A DNA stretch of 64,000 nt from Euprymna scolopes (Eukaryota): the NCBI GenBank assembly GCA_053919585.1, contig CM132787.1; one strand, 5' to 3'. The position numbers and the translations under genes are program-made. A model generated the notes under the pieces. That model ran no database searches and was not told the origin of the DNA. It worked only from the letters and a program-made list of their open reading frames with translations. Each line of letters begins with the position of its first letter. Position 1 is the first letter of the stretch. Shown in pieces: positions 27,061 to 40,849 of this stretch.

Positions 27061-30000
27061 TGATAACGGACGAGACATAGCGAGAGATAATGGTATTGAG
27101 ATGGCATGTAATGTCATGTAGTTTGAGAATTATAGCATAAATCTGCTTCTACATCGCTTAGTATTGAGACTTGCATAACACACCTTGTTTTAAATATTTA
27201 TCTTTTCTTTTCATCTTCTTTAATATACAACTTCATAATCATATATATCACAATATCTAAATAATTAATTTTTAATAGAAACTTATTGCAATAAATAAAA
27301 TGATTTAGATTTTTTTTACATTGATTTACTGCGTAATATCCATAAGGATTTCCCGGAGCTAATTTATATTAACTACATAAATACCGAAATAAACATTACG
27401 TTCAAATTAATTACGATTCACATTGTGTTTATTTAATGTAAGATTTGAACTCAACTCACCTAAATTAATTCTTTAAATTGCTTAATTCAAGTAAATGATA
27501 TAACGATATGAGACCATTTAATGATATTTATAAAATGTGTAGGAAAATTTGAGAATTGAATTTTGAGATCTCTATTTTGGAATATTTCTAAATAAAAACA
27601 ATTTTTAGCAAATAAAATCTACACATCTACGAAAACGCTTAACACTTTTTCTACTAATTCTTTTTTATGGAAATTGGAAGTGTCTATCTCTTTATTTTAC
27701 TGGGTATGTCATATGCGAGTCGTATGGTGTATTACATTAGGAAACGATATGAAATTACCATTTTTATGCGGTTTTATATGTGATATAATTTCTCATTAAT
27801 CTGAAGTTGAATTTTAGAGTAGAAATGAAGGATAGCTATTCTCCACTCTCCCAAATTTTCTCAACAGTATTGATGCTATATGTCATAAATGCATATATTT
27901 AAAATATCCATAAGTGANNNNNNNNNNNNNNNNNNNNNNNNNNNNNNNNNNNNNNNNNNNNNNNNNNNNNNNNNNNNNNNNNNNNNNNNNNNNNNNNNNN
28001 NNNNNNNNNNNNNNNNNNNNNNNNNNNNNNNNNNNNNNNNNNNNNNNNNNNNNNNNNNNNNNNNNATCGTTTATAACATACAACAATTATGAGAGGTCTT
28101 ATGCAATGTTATTCTCAGAATCACAATTTTTTGTAGATCTATACAGATAATACATCAGATCTTCAATAGAATAATATTAATGTCTAAGTTACCATTTTTT
28201 ATGGTCGCTTGAAATGCAATTATTCGAGAGCAGGTAGGCAAATTCTGGTGCAAAGCTGATGATTTTAGTGTTGGTAAACGTCGTCCATAAAAATCACATT
28301 CTTTAGGGAATGCCTTATAGACAATTGTCGATGAAATAAATAGGTTATTCGATCAAAGGCGTTTATCTTTTAAATGATTTTATCAGTAAATCTTTTACTT
28401 ATATATTCTCATTCGTTGAATAATGTTTGCCATAAAATTCTGTCTATCTTTGTGTGTGTACATTGGTACCTTATTACAGTATGGTTATCACGATGTCTTG
28501 TTTTAAAAAATGTTGTCTCATTTCAGACTTTTGGTGACCAGAGACTAGCTATCATTTTAAATTGCCTCATCATTTTCGGATATCTGACGATTTGTGGAAG
28601 CAATTCCGAGACGAAGTCATTGCGTGATTCAATATAATCACAAACAAAAGAGTCAATTGGTAAGCAGATATATTCCGTGCTGAAATGGCATTTTTGTACT
28701 TATCGCGTTTTTTTTCATTAAAAATACATTATTAGATTGCGTGTTAGTGTTATTGAATTATCACAGATTTGATAATATAATGGCGGTTTACTGTATCAGC
28801 GAGCAAATATGATATATGACTGTCTGTTTTGAAAATAAATAATCTAGTTTTTTGATGGAATCTTTTAATGTGTTCTCATTGTTTAAACACTTCTCGTACC
28901 GTACATGTTGATTGTTAGGAAAATATTCGTACAATTATCGAAACATTTCCCTCAATATGTTTATCAGAAACGTTTCTGTGTGTTATTTCTTAGAAAAAAA
29001 AACAGCAGAATTTACCAAGTAGTAAAATCGATTCACCCGTGTCGATAATTCAGAGATAATGATAAGAAAATAATGGGCATTTCTAATACCATTTTACTTA
29101 TGCTGATTGTTGTATATTAACGATTTTAGAAGATGTACTCAACGCTATTCTTCAAATGTCTCATATAGAATATTCCAATCGTACTTAAATATTTTGTCGA
29201 CGTCGGGAACATATAGGGAAAGTCGAACTGTTGTTGTTTAATTTTCACTATAATCGTTCGTTTTCATACAGTCAGCCATCACTACATTTATATCATTCTC
29301 AATTTGTATTAAGTGTAATATAGATTTGACTTTCATGATTCTAGAAATATATATTAATACCTGGTACTTTTAAAAAAAATTAACGTGAAACAAAAACAAT
29401 ATTTAAAAGAGGTACAAGTCTTCGAGCCTAGGTCTCATAAGAAAAGTGATTATATTTCAAGAAAAGATATATGTAGCTAACTCGACTACACCTAATTCAA
29501 TGGTTCCATTTGCAAAGTTACAATAACAATGTTTAAAGCCTTTCAAATTATTTTGATGACACCTGTTATATACGATTTGTTTCTCTAGTAATATTAAATT
29601 ACTTTTTCCTCGCAATTCACTTACATCAATAATGTGTACAATCTAAGTTTTATATACAATGATACATGGATACATGTTAATATATTAGTAGGTCTACTGA
29701 AAAAATAATTAATGTTATCTGCTGTTGCGAAATTTATTTGCAACTTCAGTTTTCCTCTTTCTCTTGATACCATTGATTTCGGAACGACAGGGAAACAAAC
29801 TTGAATATTTAGAAGACCCCCCACCCTCATTGCAAAAATTGTAAGCATAATCGCACGTATGGTAAAAATATTCCAAAATTACCTGATAGATATACTAGCT
29901 GAATCGAGCTGAAACATTTGCATCAAAAGGGAAGGCAAAATCCGACAGAGATCCCCCGCTAAGAATGGATATGGTAACAGATGAATGTTTGGTATTCGAT

Positions 30001-30997
30001 AAAATGCCTCACTACCNNNNNNNNNNNNNNNNNNNNNNNNNNNNNNNNNNNNNNNNNNNNNNNNNNNNNNNNNNNNNNNNNNNNNNNNNNNNNNNNNNNN
30101 NNNNNNNNNNNNNNNNNNNNNNNNNNNNNNNNNNNNNNNNNNNNNNNNNNNNNNNNNNNNGCACATAAAATAATATAAGAAAAATGTTTTATGAATCGAT
30201 GTTTTATATTTGTATCAACAATGCTCAATATATAATAAGAGCTCAATAGAATATTTTTAAAAATGTTCTCATAGGAAGTAAAATACAAGAAGGTTCCCAC
30301 CATCGAACTGATGCATCCGAAGAAGGTCAGAGGTCAAATAGAAAGTAATTTCAAGCAAGGAACAGAAACAGAAGTACAAACAACTAAAGAATTTGGAATT
30401 ATGAATTCTCACGATCAAAATTCCAGAAGCTATTCGCTCTGTTCATCGGACATCACAATTGTGTTTAGGAAATTGTTCACGCCTAGGATAAGTTAAATGT
30501 TTTTTACCTTTCAATAGGTGAATGTGTTATGTTTTTTTATTAAGAATAACGTCAAAATAAAAAAATAATATATATGAACACACAGTCACACACATATGAA
30601 GAAAGAAAGAAAGAGAGAGAAGTGGATGGAAAAAGAGAGATAGAGGGAATAAGAATGTGATATAAACCCCGTGAATCATTTTACAGTAGGCCAATATATT
30701 TTCAAATTTGAAATTGCTATTAAACACAGAGAAGTGAAACTTTGTATACTGAAAGAGCATGACTATATGCCTTATTTCTCTGAGTTAAGTTGATTTAGAA
30801 CAAATATATTAACACTATTTCTACTAATTCTTTTTTTATAAAAATTGGAAGTGTGTATCACTTTATTGCAAGTGTCTAAAAATGTCTCTTTTCAATAATA
30901 AAACAATATTCTAACTTAATATTTCTAGGTTTATCAAATAAACCACATATCTAGAAACAATATTAACCAAACCAAGGACGAATTTCACACCATTTAG

Positions 30998-31900
30998 TTA
31001 TTTATCAACATAACACCCATGCTTCAAAATCACTTTGAATAGATTCCTGTCAACTTATGATGTCAATCGCCGGATTTGAGCTGATATGAAGCCAAAGGAA
31101 ACTTCCAAATCTTTCTTCAAAGTTCATCCTTCGACGAAAATTGAACACCTTTTTAATCAACTTTCATCTTAATTACTGACTAGAGTTGCTCAATTGGGTT
31201 TATGTCTGGAGAACATTATTGCCATGTCATGGAAATTTCTCTAATGCTTAATGTAGGAGGTTATAGCCTTGGGGGAGATTGATGTCGCATTATTGGGCAT
31301 ATAAATCAATTCGCCGTAATGCGGAAATGAAAGGTCATAAAGCATGGTGACAAATGCTCATTTAAATAAAATATATAACACTAGCTGTCAGTTTGACAAT
31401 ATCTAGCACTTAAAATGGTCCAATAACTCATCTTTGGCTCACGCATCTGGTTCATCAAGTGTTGATGTGGCCTTATCTGTTTAAAAATCAATTTGAATGC
31501 TGGTTTTTTATTTATTTCTGAGTCAAGGCCAAACATTCCTCCTCATAAATCTGGTATAAAACGGGGCTTTCTTTGAACCTAATGCTTCTTGCAATTTCGT
31601 TTAAGACATTGTAGCGTGTCTTTCTGGACAAGGAAGGTATTCCACCCTTGTCAAATATAGCAACATTGTTGCTGCCTGACTGCTAGATAAGTTGACGCAA
31701 ATTTTTCTAGCATCATGAACAGAAACTTACTTTCTTGTATTTTTGTCATTCTCTGGTTTAATTTTTGGATTTTCACCGAATGAGGAAAATGATTGTCGAT
31801 TTCATCTAAGCTCCTTGGATAGATCTACGAGAGATAAAATATTTATGAAGCCTGCAGCAACACTTTTTCTGACTAGCAATTTTCTGGCATTTTGGGAGGG
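30998..31900 (-). pseudogene. Highly degenerate Tc1-superfamily transposase, TRT/DD37E-like
   Basis: Minus-strand remnants DKATSTLDEPDA (cf. TDExRATLDGPDGW), GPF*VLDIVKLT, IYMPNNA, CSPDINPIEQL*SVIK, FSSKDEL, LFKVILKHGCYVDK*. Confidence 0.75.
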
Positions 31901-33399
31901 CTGCAATGAAGTGATATACACTTTAAATTACCAGAAAATTGAAAAAGTAGAATAATTTTCAAAATATTTGTTTACATTCCACAATAATCATCGTAATAAG
32001 GAACATTTTTATGGTATTTCAATGTACCACATTTTACTTCTCTGCCTTCCATAGAAATTCAAAAATTAACAAAAATATTGACCTACAATAAAGCGATAAT
32101 AGGGTTTTTATCAATAACTCAGAGGAACATATTATTTAGTATATGCTAGATCAGATTTCAAACAGTAATACCTTCATATTTTTATGATATCATTTGTTGA
32201 ATTCGGAAATCGTAATACAAAATCAGAATGCGCTTTTATAAAAGTTGGAATAAAGAATATAATCGAATGTAATCTGTGAATTTATGTAAAATAAATAGTA
32301 TCATTATGTTTGCCCAATTTATTGAAGGTTCGAGTACAGAATAACTTATTTATGAGATCCTTGATAATTAATAATAAAAAAAACAATATATTTTTATCTG
32401 CATAGACACTGTTTTACCTCTAGTTATATTTATGCAGCTCAATGCAGTAAAACGTATGATATACCTGTTCATAGTAGACATTTCATAAGCGATTTCACTC
32501 CAAATCAAATGCACAGAAGACAAAAGCTCTTTCTGTTGCTAACGGGCCGAGTTTAGAGTCAATAGATTATTCAGACTGTCTTATCGATTTTACTTAATAA
32601 TCTGCCTCCATATATTCAGGACTTAACAAGTATAATTATGCTGATTCAAACCAGAGGGTTTGCCAGATTTCGTGTTTTCCTCTTAGTATATTCTTATCCA
32701 GATGTGTGTTTTCATTCTCTCATTGCCGTCTGCCAATTATGTTTGCAATAAAATGCCGTATCTACATCTACATAAAAAGAGTATGATTTGTTATGACTTC
32801 TGCTACCTTTTTATGATATCAAAGTTTAGAAAGCTACGTGTTACATCACGGGTATTGAATAGCGATCTAATAATAGTTTTATTTAAATACATTTTTTTAT
32901 TAACTCGAGGAACAAATACCCCGAAGGGGCAGATTTCCTCAACAGTGGTGCTCTAAATTGGCAGTTACGTAATCTAACCCACTTGTTGAAATGAACATTC
33001 GTTTTTTTTTTAAATTTATTTTAGTTTGAGTTCATTTTCATGACAAGACACCGCTTTAGGCGAGGAAAAAAACACAATAGAAAATTAATTATTATTTGAC
33101 ATAAAAATAAAGACCGTTTTCCTATTAAGAATAACACCTTATTGCAGGACCAACACAAATGGCACACAAAAATTCAATAAAGTACGAGTACTGATGATTG
33201 TTTTGCGATACTATTATTTTCTTGTACACTTTGTCATTATTATTATTAACTAACAAGGGGTTTTTACACAGGTCATCAAAGATCTCACCTAGAAAAAAAA
33301 ACCTGTGATGTTCCCTGGAAGCTGGGTGATCACACACAAGTCTCTCCAGATTTCCTGTAGTCTTCACCTCTTTCGATAACATTTGCAAATAAATGTGCA

Positions 33400-35114
33400 T
33401 TATCGCAACAGCTGCTTGTCATTGATTTCTCGTTGGCAGCGGTTATTGGTATTCACAGGAATTTGATTGGAAATAAGCCTCCCCAATCCCCGAGTTCTCT
33501 TAGCTCTACTCCGGTCGAGGTCTTGTCAGTTCCTCGGTCATTTGTTACTCTTTGACTACTTGGTGATCTGGTCTCACTCTTTTTTTGGTGGGGACTGTGA
33601 TTTAGTTATGGGAGGATGGGAATGGGGTTAAAGAACTTATAGATATGCGGCTTCAGTTTTCTTGGTTGCATGTAGTCCTGCATGTTTTGCCTTTGCAGAA
33701 GTTTGTCTGGCCCGCACTTCTGGCTGTTGTGCGTTAGTTTCCACATTCAATGACTTTTCTTTATATTTCAGCTGCTTTCATTATTGTAGTTCGTTGCATT
33801 TTTCGAGTCATTTCTTTGATTCCAATTTCTCCAATTCTTCTATCAAAGTTTGTTGGAATCGTTCCTAGTGATCATACTATTATAGGTATTATTTTGATTT
33901 TCTTTATCTTCTATGCCCCTATCATCTCTCTGTCTAGCTCTGTGTATTTGCTCAGTTTCCCTTTTTCTTTGATATTCACTATGTGGTCAGCTAGAACAGC
34001 AAAGTCTAAAGTTTGACAGGCATTCTCTTTTTTGTTAATTATTAGGATATCAGGTCGTTTTGCTTGGATTGATCATCAGTTTGGATGCCCGTATCCTATA
34101 GAATTTGTGATTTTCGTTTTCAAGTACTGTTGCCGGCTTATGTTTGTACCAGTTGTATGTGTGTTCCCGATGCATTTGTTTGCATAATTACTATATAACT
34201 ATTTTTTTGGTTTGATTCACAGAGTCTTCTATAAAAACCAGTTCCCTCCCGCTGTTTTTCCATTTTACGTAGAGTCGATTAATGTCGTCCTATGGGTGTA
34301 GTGTTTTGGCATGGTCGTGAGTTTCCTGGTCTTCTGATCGAGTTGTCTCAGTTCTCCTTTAGTCCACCCTATAGACGGTTGAGAGTTTCGTATAAGTTAT
34401 ACTGCCCATGTATTTATGTCTTTTATTAGGGTTTTTGCTATATAATTTGGTTTCCAGAAGTTTTCCTGTTCTCCTAATGTATTCCTTTCCAATTCTCTCT
34501 TTCATTTCTTTTGTTTTAATGGTGTCTGTTTCTAGTACTCCTAGTTATTTATAGGCATCTTTCCCCCTAGTACGCTTATCTCCGTTTGGTTGTATAGTTC
34601 CATGCCTTCTGCTAATTTTTCATTTATTATAATTAGTAGCGCGATTTTCCATACAAAATTCCATGTGGATATCCTGACTGAAGATATTGTGTGTTGTTTA
34701 TTTATATTTCTAGTAAATCTTTGATCTTTGCGAAAAGTTTCAGATCGTCCATGCACATCAGGTGGTTTATTTTTTCCTCCATGTTAGAGAACTTATATCC
34801 GGCTTGGCATTTTCTTAGTATATTGTTCAGGGGCATCATGGTTATGATGAACAATAATGGTGATAGTGAATCTCCTTGGAAGATGTCTTTTTGTATGTTA
34901 CTTTCTCTTATATGTTGTCCATCAGCTGTCATTTCCAGTCGCCATGTCCTCATTGCATTTTCTGTCACGATGATGATCCTGCTTAGTATTTAATACATTG
35001 TTAAGCATTCTATTATCCATGCTTTAGGGATCTTGTCATACGCGTTTTTTTGTAGTCGATCTATGCAATGGATAAATTCTTTCTTCTTAATTTTATCTCC
35101 TTTAGAATCTTTGG
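33400..35114 (-). mobile_element. R4/Dong-like RLE non-LTR retrotransposon, degenerate
   Basis: IDYKK..AYDKIP, IFQGDSLSPLLF, INHLMCMDDLKLFAK (RT). RPDILII...DFAVLADH...KYTEL..IIPIIV..LGTIP (restriction-like endonuclease), then 3' UTR. Confidence 0.85.
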
Positions 35115-35688
35115 ATTATTATTTTTTTTTTACACAGTGATCACCACTTATCAAGGCCCGGAATCCACTCAGGGATAAGGGTTATTGCAAGTACATTACG
35201 TTAGTGTGGAGATTTGATGAAGTGTTTAATTAAGGGGGCGGTTAATAAGGAATTTGTTAATATTGGACTTGAAGACATCCAAGTTGTAGTCCGGAGGGAA
35301 GCAGGCAGACGGAGCAGAGTTCCACAGGCGTGCAGTTCTAAGAAAGAAGCTTTGTTCATTGACTCCACGTTTTGATTTAGGCACAGATATAGAGTGGGGA
35401 AATTTTTCCCAGTGGATTCAGCTAGACGGGTGTTTTTCGTGAAAGATTGGCGAGGGGTGACCAGAGATTGGAGTTCAGACAAGCACCTGCCATGGAAATA
35501 ACGATAAAACAAGGATAGGCTTGCAACGTCTCTTCTGTGGGAGAGAGGTTGCAGGGTAGAGAAAAGGGCATCCCCCACTAAGCCACGAAGTCTATTTTGT
35601 ACTCTGTCAAGGCAGGATAGGCTGTTTTTAGCAGCTCCTGCCCAGATGTGGCAAACGTATTCCATCCTTGGACGTACTTGGCTTTAGA
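35115..35688 (-). mobile_element. CR1-group LINE 3' fragment
   Basis: ORF MEYVCHIWAGA..LSHRRDVASLSLFYRYFHG; 3' tail CCCTTATCCCTGAGTGG...GCCTTGATAAAGTGGTGA plus A-tail, matching the tail at 11876-11931. Confidence 0.9.
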
Positions 35689-35768
35689 CCTTGTCAATGA
35701 CAACCAAATCCAGACGATTACCTTCCAATTGCTTGGTCGTTATGATACTTTGTCCCACGATACTTCTC

Positions 35769-35829
<61 letters not shown>

Positions 35830-35831
<2 letters not shown>

Positions 35832-36490
35832 AACTTACGATTGCTAAAAAAAAGTGGTTCTAGGAGAGGAGGTTTCTTCAGAATGCCGGATTTGTGGTAA
35901 ACCTCAGATTCAATTGCGCACCTAGCAGCAGGGTGGAGTTGATTGGACCAGAGAAGTTACCGCAATAGATATGATCGCATGGGACTCCGGATATATGGGG
36001 AGGTGTGTAAGAGGGTAGGGATGAAGTGTGTTGGAAAATTATTTGAGGAGGTGCCTGATGAAGTGAGAAAAAGTGATGATGACAAGGAAAAAGTATGGTG
36101 GGACAAAAGTATCATAACGACTAAGCAATTGGAACATAATCGCCTGGATTTGGTAGTCATTGATAAGGTCTAAATAAACTGACAGATTGTAGACTTTCCA
36201 TTGCCTTGGGACAGGAATGTGAGAGAGAAGGAGAATTAGAAGTGGAACAATTATGCTCCATTGGCCTTGGAGATGAGGCGTATACACGGGGCTAAAACAC
36301 AAATAATCCCGGTCGTAGTTTGTACACTAGGAGAAGTATCAATTGCAATTGAAAAATCTATATAGGTACCACCAACAACCTTATGAACACCCTTGATATT
36401 TGAAGCTCCTGGTTTGAAGCCGGGATTAAGGGAAATCCTCTGGAAATGAATCCCATTCCTTTCTAGAGAGACGTTGATAAACATAATCAG
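35830..36490 (+). mobile_element. R4/Dong-like RLE non-LTR 3' fragment between (TTA)n tracts
   Basis: CRICGK..IAHLAAG zinc-knuckle remnant, RYD (RHD motif), NRLDLVVID, IIPVVVCTLG; flanked by (TTA)n at 35770-35829 and 36493-36565. Confidence 0.8.
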
Positions 36491-36504
36491 AATTATTATT
36501 GTTG

Positions 36505-36560
<56 letters not shown>

Positions 36561-36923
36561 GTTATTAGTAGTATTTCCTCTGATGATACATTTGATTAGA
36601 GAAACTGTTTGAAACAAGTTATATTTACAGGTAGTAGCACGATACTTATTCACCCATGATGCACTCTACTAAGTCCTTAGGAGTAAACCCGGAAGTTTTA
36701 TATATTTGCTACATGTTTTCAAAAGGTACCGTCCGTATTTGCTTTCTTGTCCTGTACACTTAACATTTGCCATTTGACTATTGTGCGTAAAGGCAGAAAC
36801 TTCCCTCCAATATACCTTGTTAAGGTCCAATCTATTTAATTTGCTCTTCGTATACATCTATCTGGTTAACGGAAAATCCCATTAAGGGAACTTTCTTCAC
36901 TATGTGAAATTACGTAATTTTAA

Positions 36924-36965
<42 letters not shown>

Positions 36966-37081
36966 CCTTAATTGGAATTCATTTTTGAGATGAGCATAAT
37001 ATATATTAATTTATTTTCATTTCGGACTATTATTTTCATCTGTATTAGTTGTTGTTTTCATCTTTATTGGTTGTTGTTTTT

Positions 37082-37122
37082 CACGACGTTTCGGCCAACT
37101 AGTCCTCTGGCTTCGTCAGGTG
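37082..37122 (-). ncRNA. Type I minimal hammerhead ribozyme 1
   Basis: Minus strand: CAC-CUGACGA-A-GCCA(loop)UGGC-C-GAAAC-GUC-GUG. Confidence 0.8.
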
Positions 37123-37538
37123 GTAACAGCGACGGATAGGAACTTCGAATCTCCTAACTGTATTCTCAGCAATCGCTGTCATCCGTAGTTGTTATCGTCT
37201 CACCACGCTTTGGCCAAGTAAACCTCTGGCCGGCTTTGGGTAAGATTGAAACCGTTATCTTCAAACAATGCTCATCTGGAAAGGTTCAACGTCTCCATCA
37301 ACTGCGCCACGGGGCCCGAACGGCGATCAAGGTTGGATTCTTGGATCTTATTAATCCACGTTCATTTATTATCTGATCTTTCATAGTCGGATCCGTAAAA
37401 TTGTTATATATATATATTATTCCTTAAGTGGAATTCATTTTTTAGATGAACATTATATATATATTAATTCATTTTTATTTCGGACTATCATTCTTATCTT
37501 TATTAGTTGTAGTTTTCATCTTTATTGGTTGGTGTTTT

Positions 37539-37580
37539 CACAACGTTTCGGCCACCTATTCCTTTGACCTTCGTCAGGTG
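37539..37580 (-). ncRNA. Type I minimal hammerhead ribozyme 2
   Basis: Minus strand: CAC-CUGACGA-A-GGUCA(loop)UGGCC-GAAAC-GUU-GUG. Confidence 0.8.
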
Positions 37581-37777
37581 GTACCTGCGATGGATTGGAC
37601 TTTGAATCACCTAACTGCATTCTCAGAAATCACTGCCATCCGTAGTTGTTGTCGTCTCACCACTTTTTGGCAAAGTAAACCTCTGGCCGGCTTTGGGTAG
37701 GATTTAAACCGCTATCTTAGACGGTGATTGCTGAGAATGCAGTCAGGAGATTCGAAGTTCCTATCTGTCGCGGTTAC

Positions 37778-37818
37778 CACCTGAAAAAGTCAGCGGAATA
37801 GTTGGCCGAAAGGTCGGG
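37778..37818 (+). ncRNA. Degenerate hammerhead in the inverted copy
   Basis: CAC-CTGAAAA-AGTCA...TGGCC-GAAAG-GTC; core substitutions. Confidence 0.5.
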
Positions 37819-38829
37819 AAAAACAAAAACATAAAGATGAAAACAACTAATAAAGATGAGAATAATAGTCCGAAATAAAAATAAATTAATAAATATATAA
37901 TCTAATACTGATAAAACAAATAATAAATTTAGGGAACAAAGAATTAAATAAACATAAAACACAAACAATTTTTTGCCTTCGGGACAGGATTAGAGTGCAG
38001 TATCTGTTCTGATGCTACAATTCACCTTTTCTGTCCTCGGCCGGTGTAAGAAAAATCGTTCATGCCAGAGACATTTTTTTTGTTTTTGTTCTTATCTAGA
38101 GGACCCCTTATTAAGGAGATAGATTTTTCTCACAAGATTATATGTTGAAATATTTAAATAACTATTACATTTAGTACATATATTTAAAGATTTGGTTTTC
38201 TGTTCTTCTATGTCCAATTTACCCCAGGTTTTCCATCAAAATCCTTAACGTATTTTCATCAATTATATGGTTAGAAATACTATACTCCGCTATAGTCTTC
38301 TTTTTCATATCAGTGCCGAGTACATGAATAAGTAAAGGAAGTGCACATAACTCGCAAACGATAATCATTCCACAATGTGAATGTTAGTTATTAAATTAAG
38401 GTGGTGGCNNNNNNNNNNNNNNNNNNNNNNNNNNNNNNNNNNNNNNNNNNNNNNNNNNNNNNNNNNNNNNNNNNNNNNNNNNNNNNNNNNNNNNNNNNNN
38501 NNNNNNNNNNNNNNNNNNNNNNNNNNNNNNNNNNNNNNNNNNNNNNNNNNNNNNNNNNNNNNNNNNNNNNNNNNNNCGTCGTTGACTGGGTTCAAAAACA
38601 GCCTTCAGAAAATGGACTCTGATTTATGAAAGTGCCATAGTTTATGAAAAGGAAGGGTTGTAAAGAGATAGCTTCGAATTTAGGGGTTTCAAAACCCAAG
38701 CAAAATATAATGAAAGTAAAAATAAAATAGATAAACCCCATAAGTTATTATACCATACCTGTTCACACTGAAACACTTGTCACAATATTATGTGGATCTA
38801 TATTAAAATAAACTTGTTAAACTTTGTGA

Positions 38830-39200
38830 TATATTTCCATTCTATGGAGTTCATTGCGAACGAACACCCCCTAATTTTATTATAAAATATTTCTTTAAAT
38901 TGAAACATAATTATCAAAGTATACGTACGCAGATAGCCATGAAAAGTCTTTATTAAAGTGTGTGCCTATTTCCATTCTATGACGGCTAGACGCAAACGCA
39001 GACCCAACAATGTATTATACCATCCCTATATAAGTTAAAACATATTAAAGTATTATTATGTACATCTATATCAAAAGCGCTTGTAAACGCTTTTTTTAAT
39101 TTTTAATTTTTTTTTTATTTCCATACTGGTGGACCAGGCTCGAACGCAGACCCCACAATTTTTTATGAACCACCTTTCTGCCAGATCAAACAAACCCATT
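38830..39200. repeat. Degenerate tandem repeat, three ~140-bp units
   Basis: ATTTCCAT(T/A)CT...G(C)GAACG.A.ACCC...AAT motifs recur at ~38832, ~38968 and ~39117. Confidence 0.55.
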
Positions 39201-40849
39201 CCTGTGTCTCGATACATCTTCTATCATTATATGTAATCAGTTTTTTTTTTTAAATAGTCAAACATATAGGATCCTATTCNNNNNNNNNNNNNNNNNNNNN
39301 NNNNNNNNNNNNNNNNNNNNNNNNNNNNNNNNNNNNNNNNNNNNNNNNNNNNNNNNNNNNNNNNNNNNNNNNNNNNNNNNNNNNNNNNNNNNNNNNNNNN
39401 NNNNNNNNNNNNNNNNNNNNNNNNNCTCACAGGACATCACCAGTGATTGCTCAATGGCCGTAATCTGTGGTATTTGCTGAATACCGAATGGCAATGTTTT
39501 CCAAGATTTCCAATGTTCTCCACCTCTTTACCACTCGTGCAGATTATTGCACGTTATTGCAACATCTTTTTGCCATTAATTTCTCTTTGACATCGGCCAT
39601 TAGTGTTTCCTTGCGTTTGGCTGACAAAATGCCTCCCCTAGGTACCAGATTTGAACTGCACACTTTCAGTGAAGATCTGGTTGGTACTCTTCCACCTAGG
39701 AATTTACATCGTCCCTGACCATTCCCACCTAGCTAGTGTGGCGTTAGTCAAAGTAATCTGCAGTTTTTGGTACTTTACCGGGAATGTAACACTTTTTTTG
39801 TAATCGAGTGTGTATCTTATTTTTGACGTTTGTTTTTAACTTTTTTAATTAAATTTGATTTGCACTTTTATTTTGTGCTTGTTTTTATTTTATTTTCATT
39901 TTATTTTAATGTATATTTATTATTATATATTCCACATTAAATTTTTTTTTTTCACATATCGTCAAATAATGCTTTTGGTATTTTTGTTTCAAATAGTACC
40001 TTTTAAAAAGTTATTGCGATTAAATAAAAAAAAAATGAAAATCTTTTACGTATGCGCTTTTTAGTGACCAACCATTAAATTAAAACTATTTTACGCAGGG
40101 TAAACGTTTCCCTGAATTACCTTTTTTATTATTGGTGTTGTTTTTAAACCAATAATCATGGTGCTTGTTCTATTTACGCACTGGGTTATATTGTATATAG
40201 GATTTTAAAAGGTCAACTACATTTTTATGATGCCTTTTTTCTAATACATTGTTAGGCAAAAATGCAAAATATTAATAAAACCCTCCTCTTTAGAAGGGCT
40301 TTCTAAATAATGACGTTATTATTTTAGCACGGTAAGTGCACGGCACAAACACCAAACCATATCTATTTCTTTAATAAACGCACGAAATAAGTTAACTAAA
40401 ATGTAATGCACTCTTTATTCGTAGTCCACATCAAATTTTAATTTAAACTGATTAGTTACTGCATTTTTAAAATGATTTTGTTTCGTATATCTCCGGAGAG
40501 ATTAGAATTTCCTATTTCATTTTCTATTTTAGTCATGTAATTTGTTTGTAGATGAAATGTCATGAAACAAACAAACACACACTTTAAGTTTTTAATATAT
40601 TTCAAAGAAATAAATTACGCCCGGTCCTAAAATATTGAATTCCTCGGTCGTTTTTGTTTACAAAACCCCCAAAAAACAGAACAAAAACACAAAAAATGTC
40701 GTTAAAAATGCCTCTAATTTAAACATAACTAGAAATGTAATTATTAAAAAGACGGAATGAAAACTATATATAAACATTATTTAATTTATTTATCGTGGAT
40801 TATTATCATCATAAATAATACTAATCTCAATAATCAACTAAAATTCTGT

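Larger units (their letters stand above)
36961..37905 (-). mobile_element. Hammerhead-containing non-autonomous tandem element (retrozyme/PLE-derived-like)
   Basis: Direct repeats starting at 36961 and 37417 (period ~456) plus an inverted partial copy 37720-37905. Each carries a hammerhead core; no credible ORF. Confidence 0.8.

Noticed and set aside
39430-39730. Possible RTE-like LINE fragment on the minus strand
   Set aside because: Only a YLGE-like motif is discernible; too degenerate to call.
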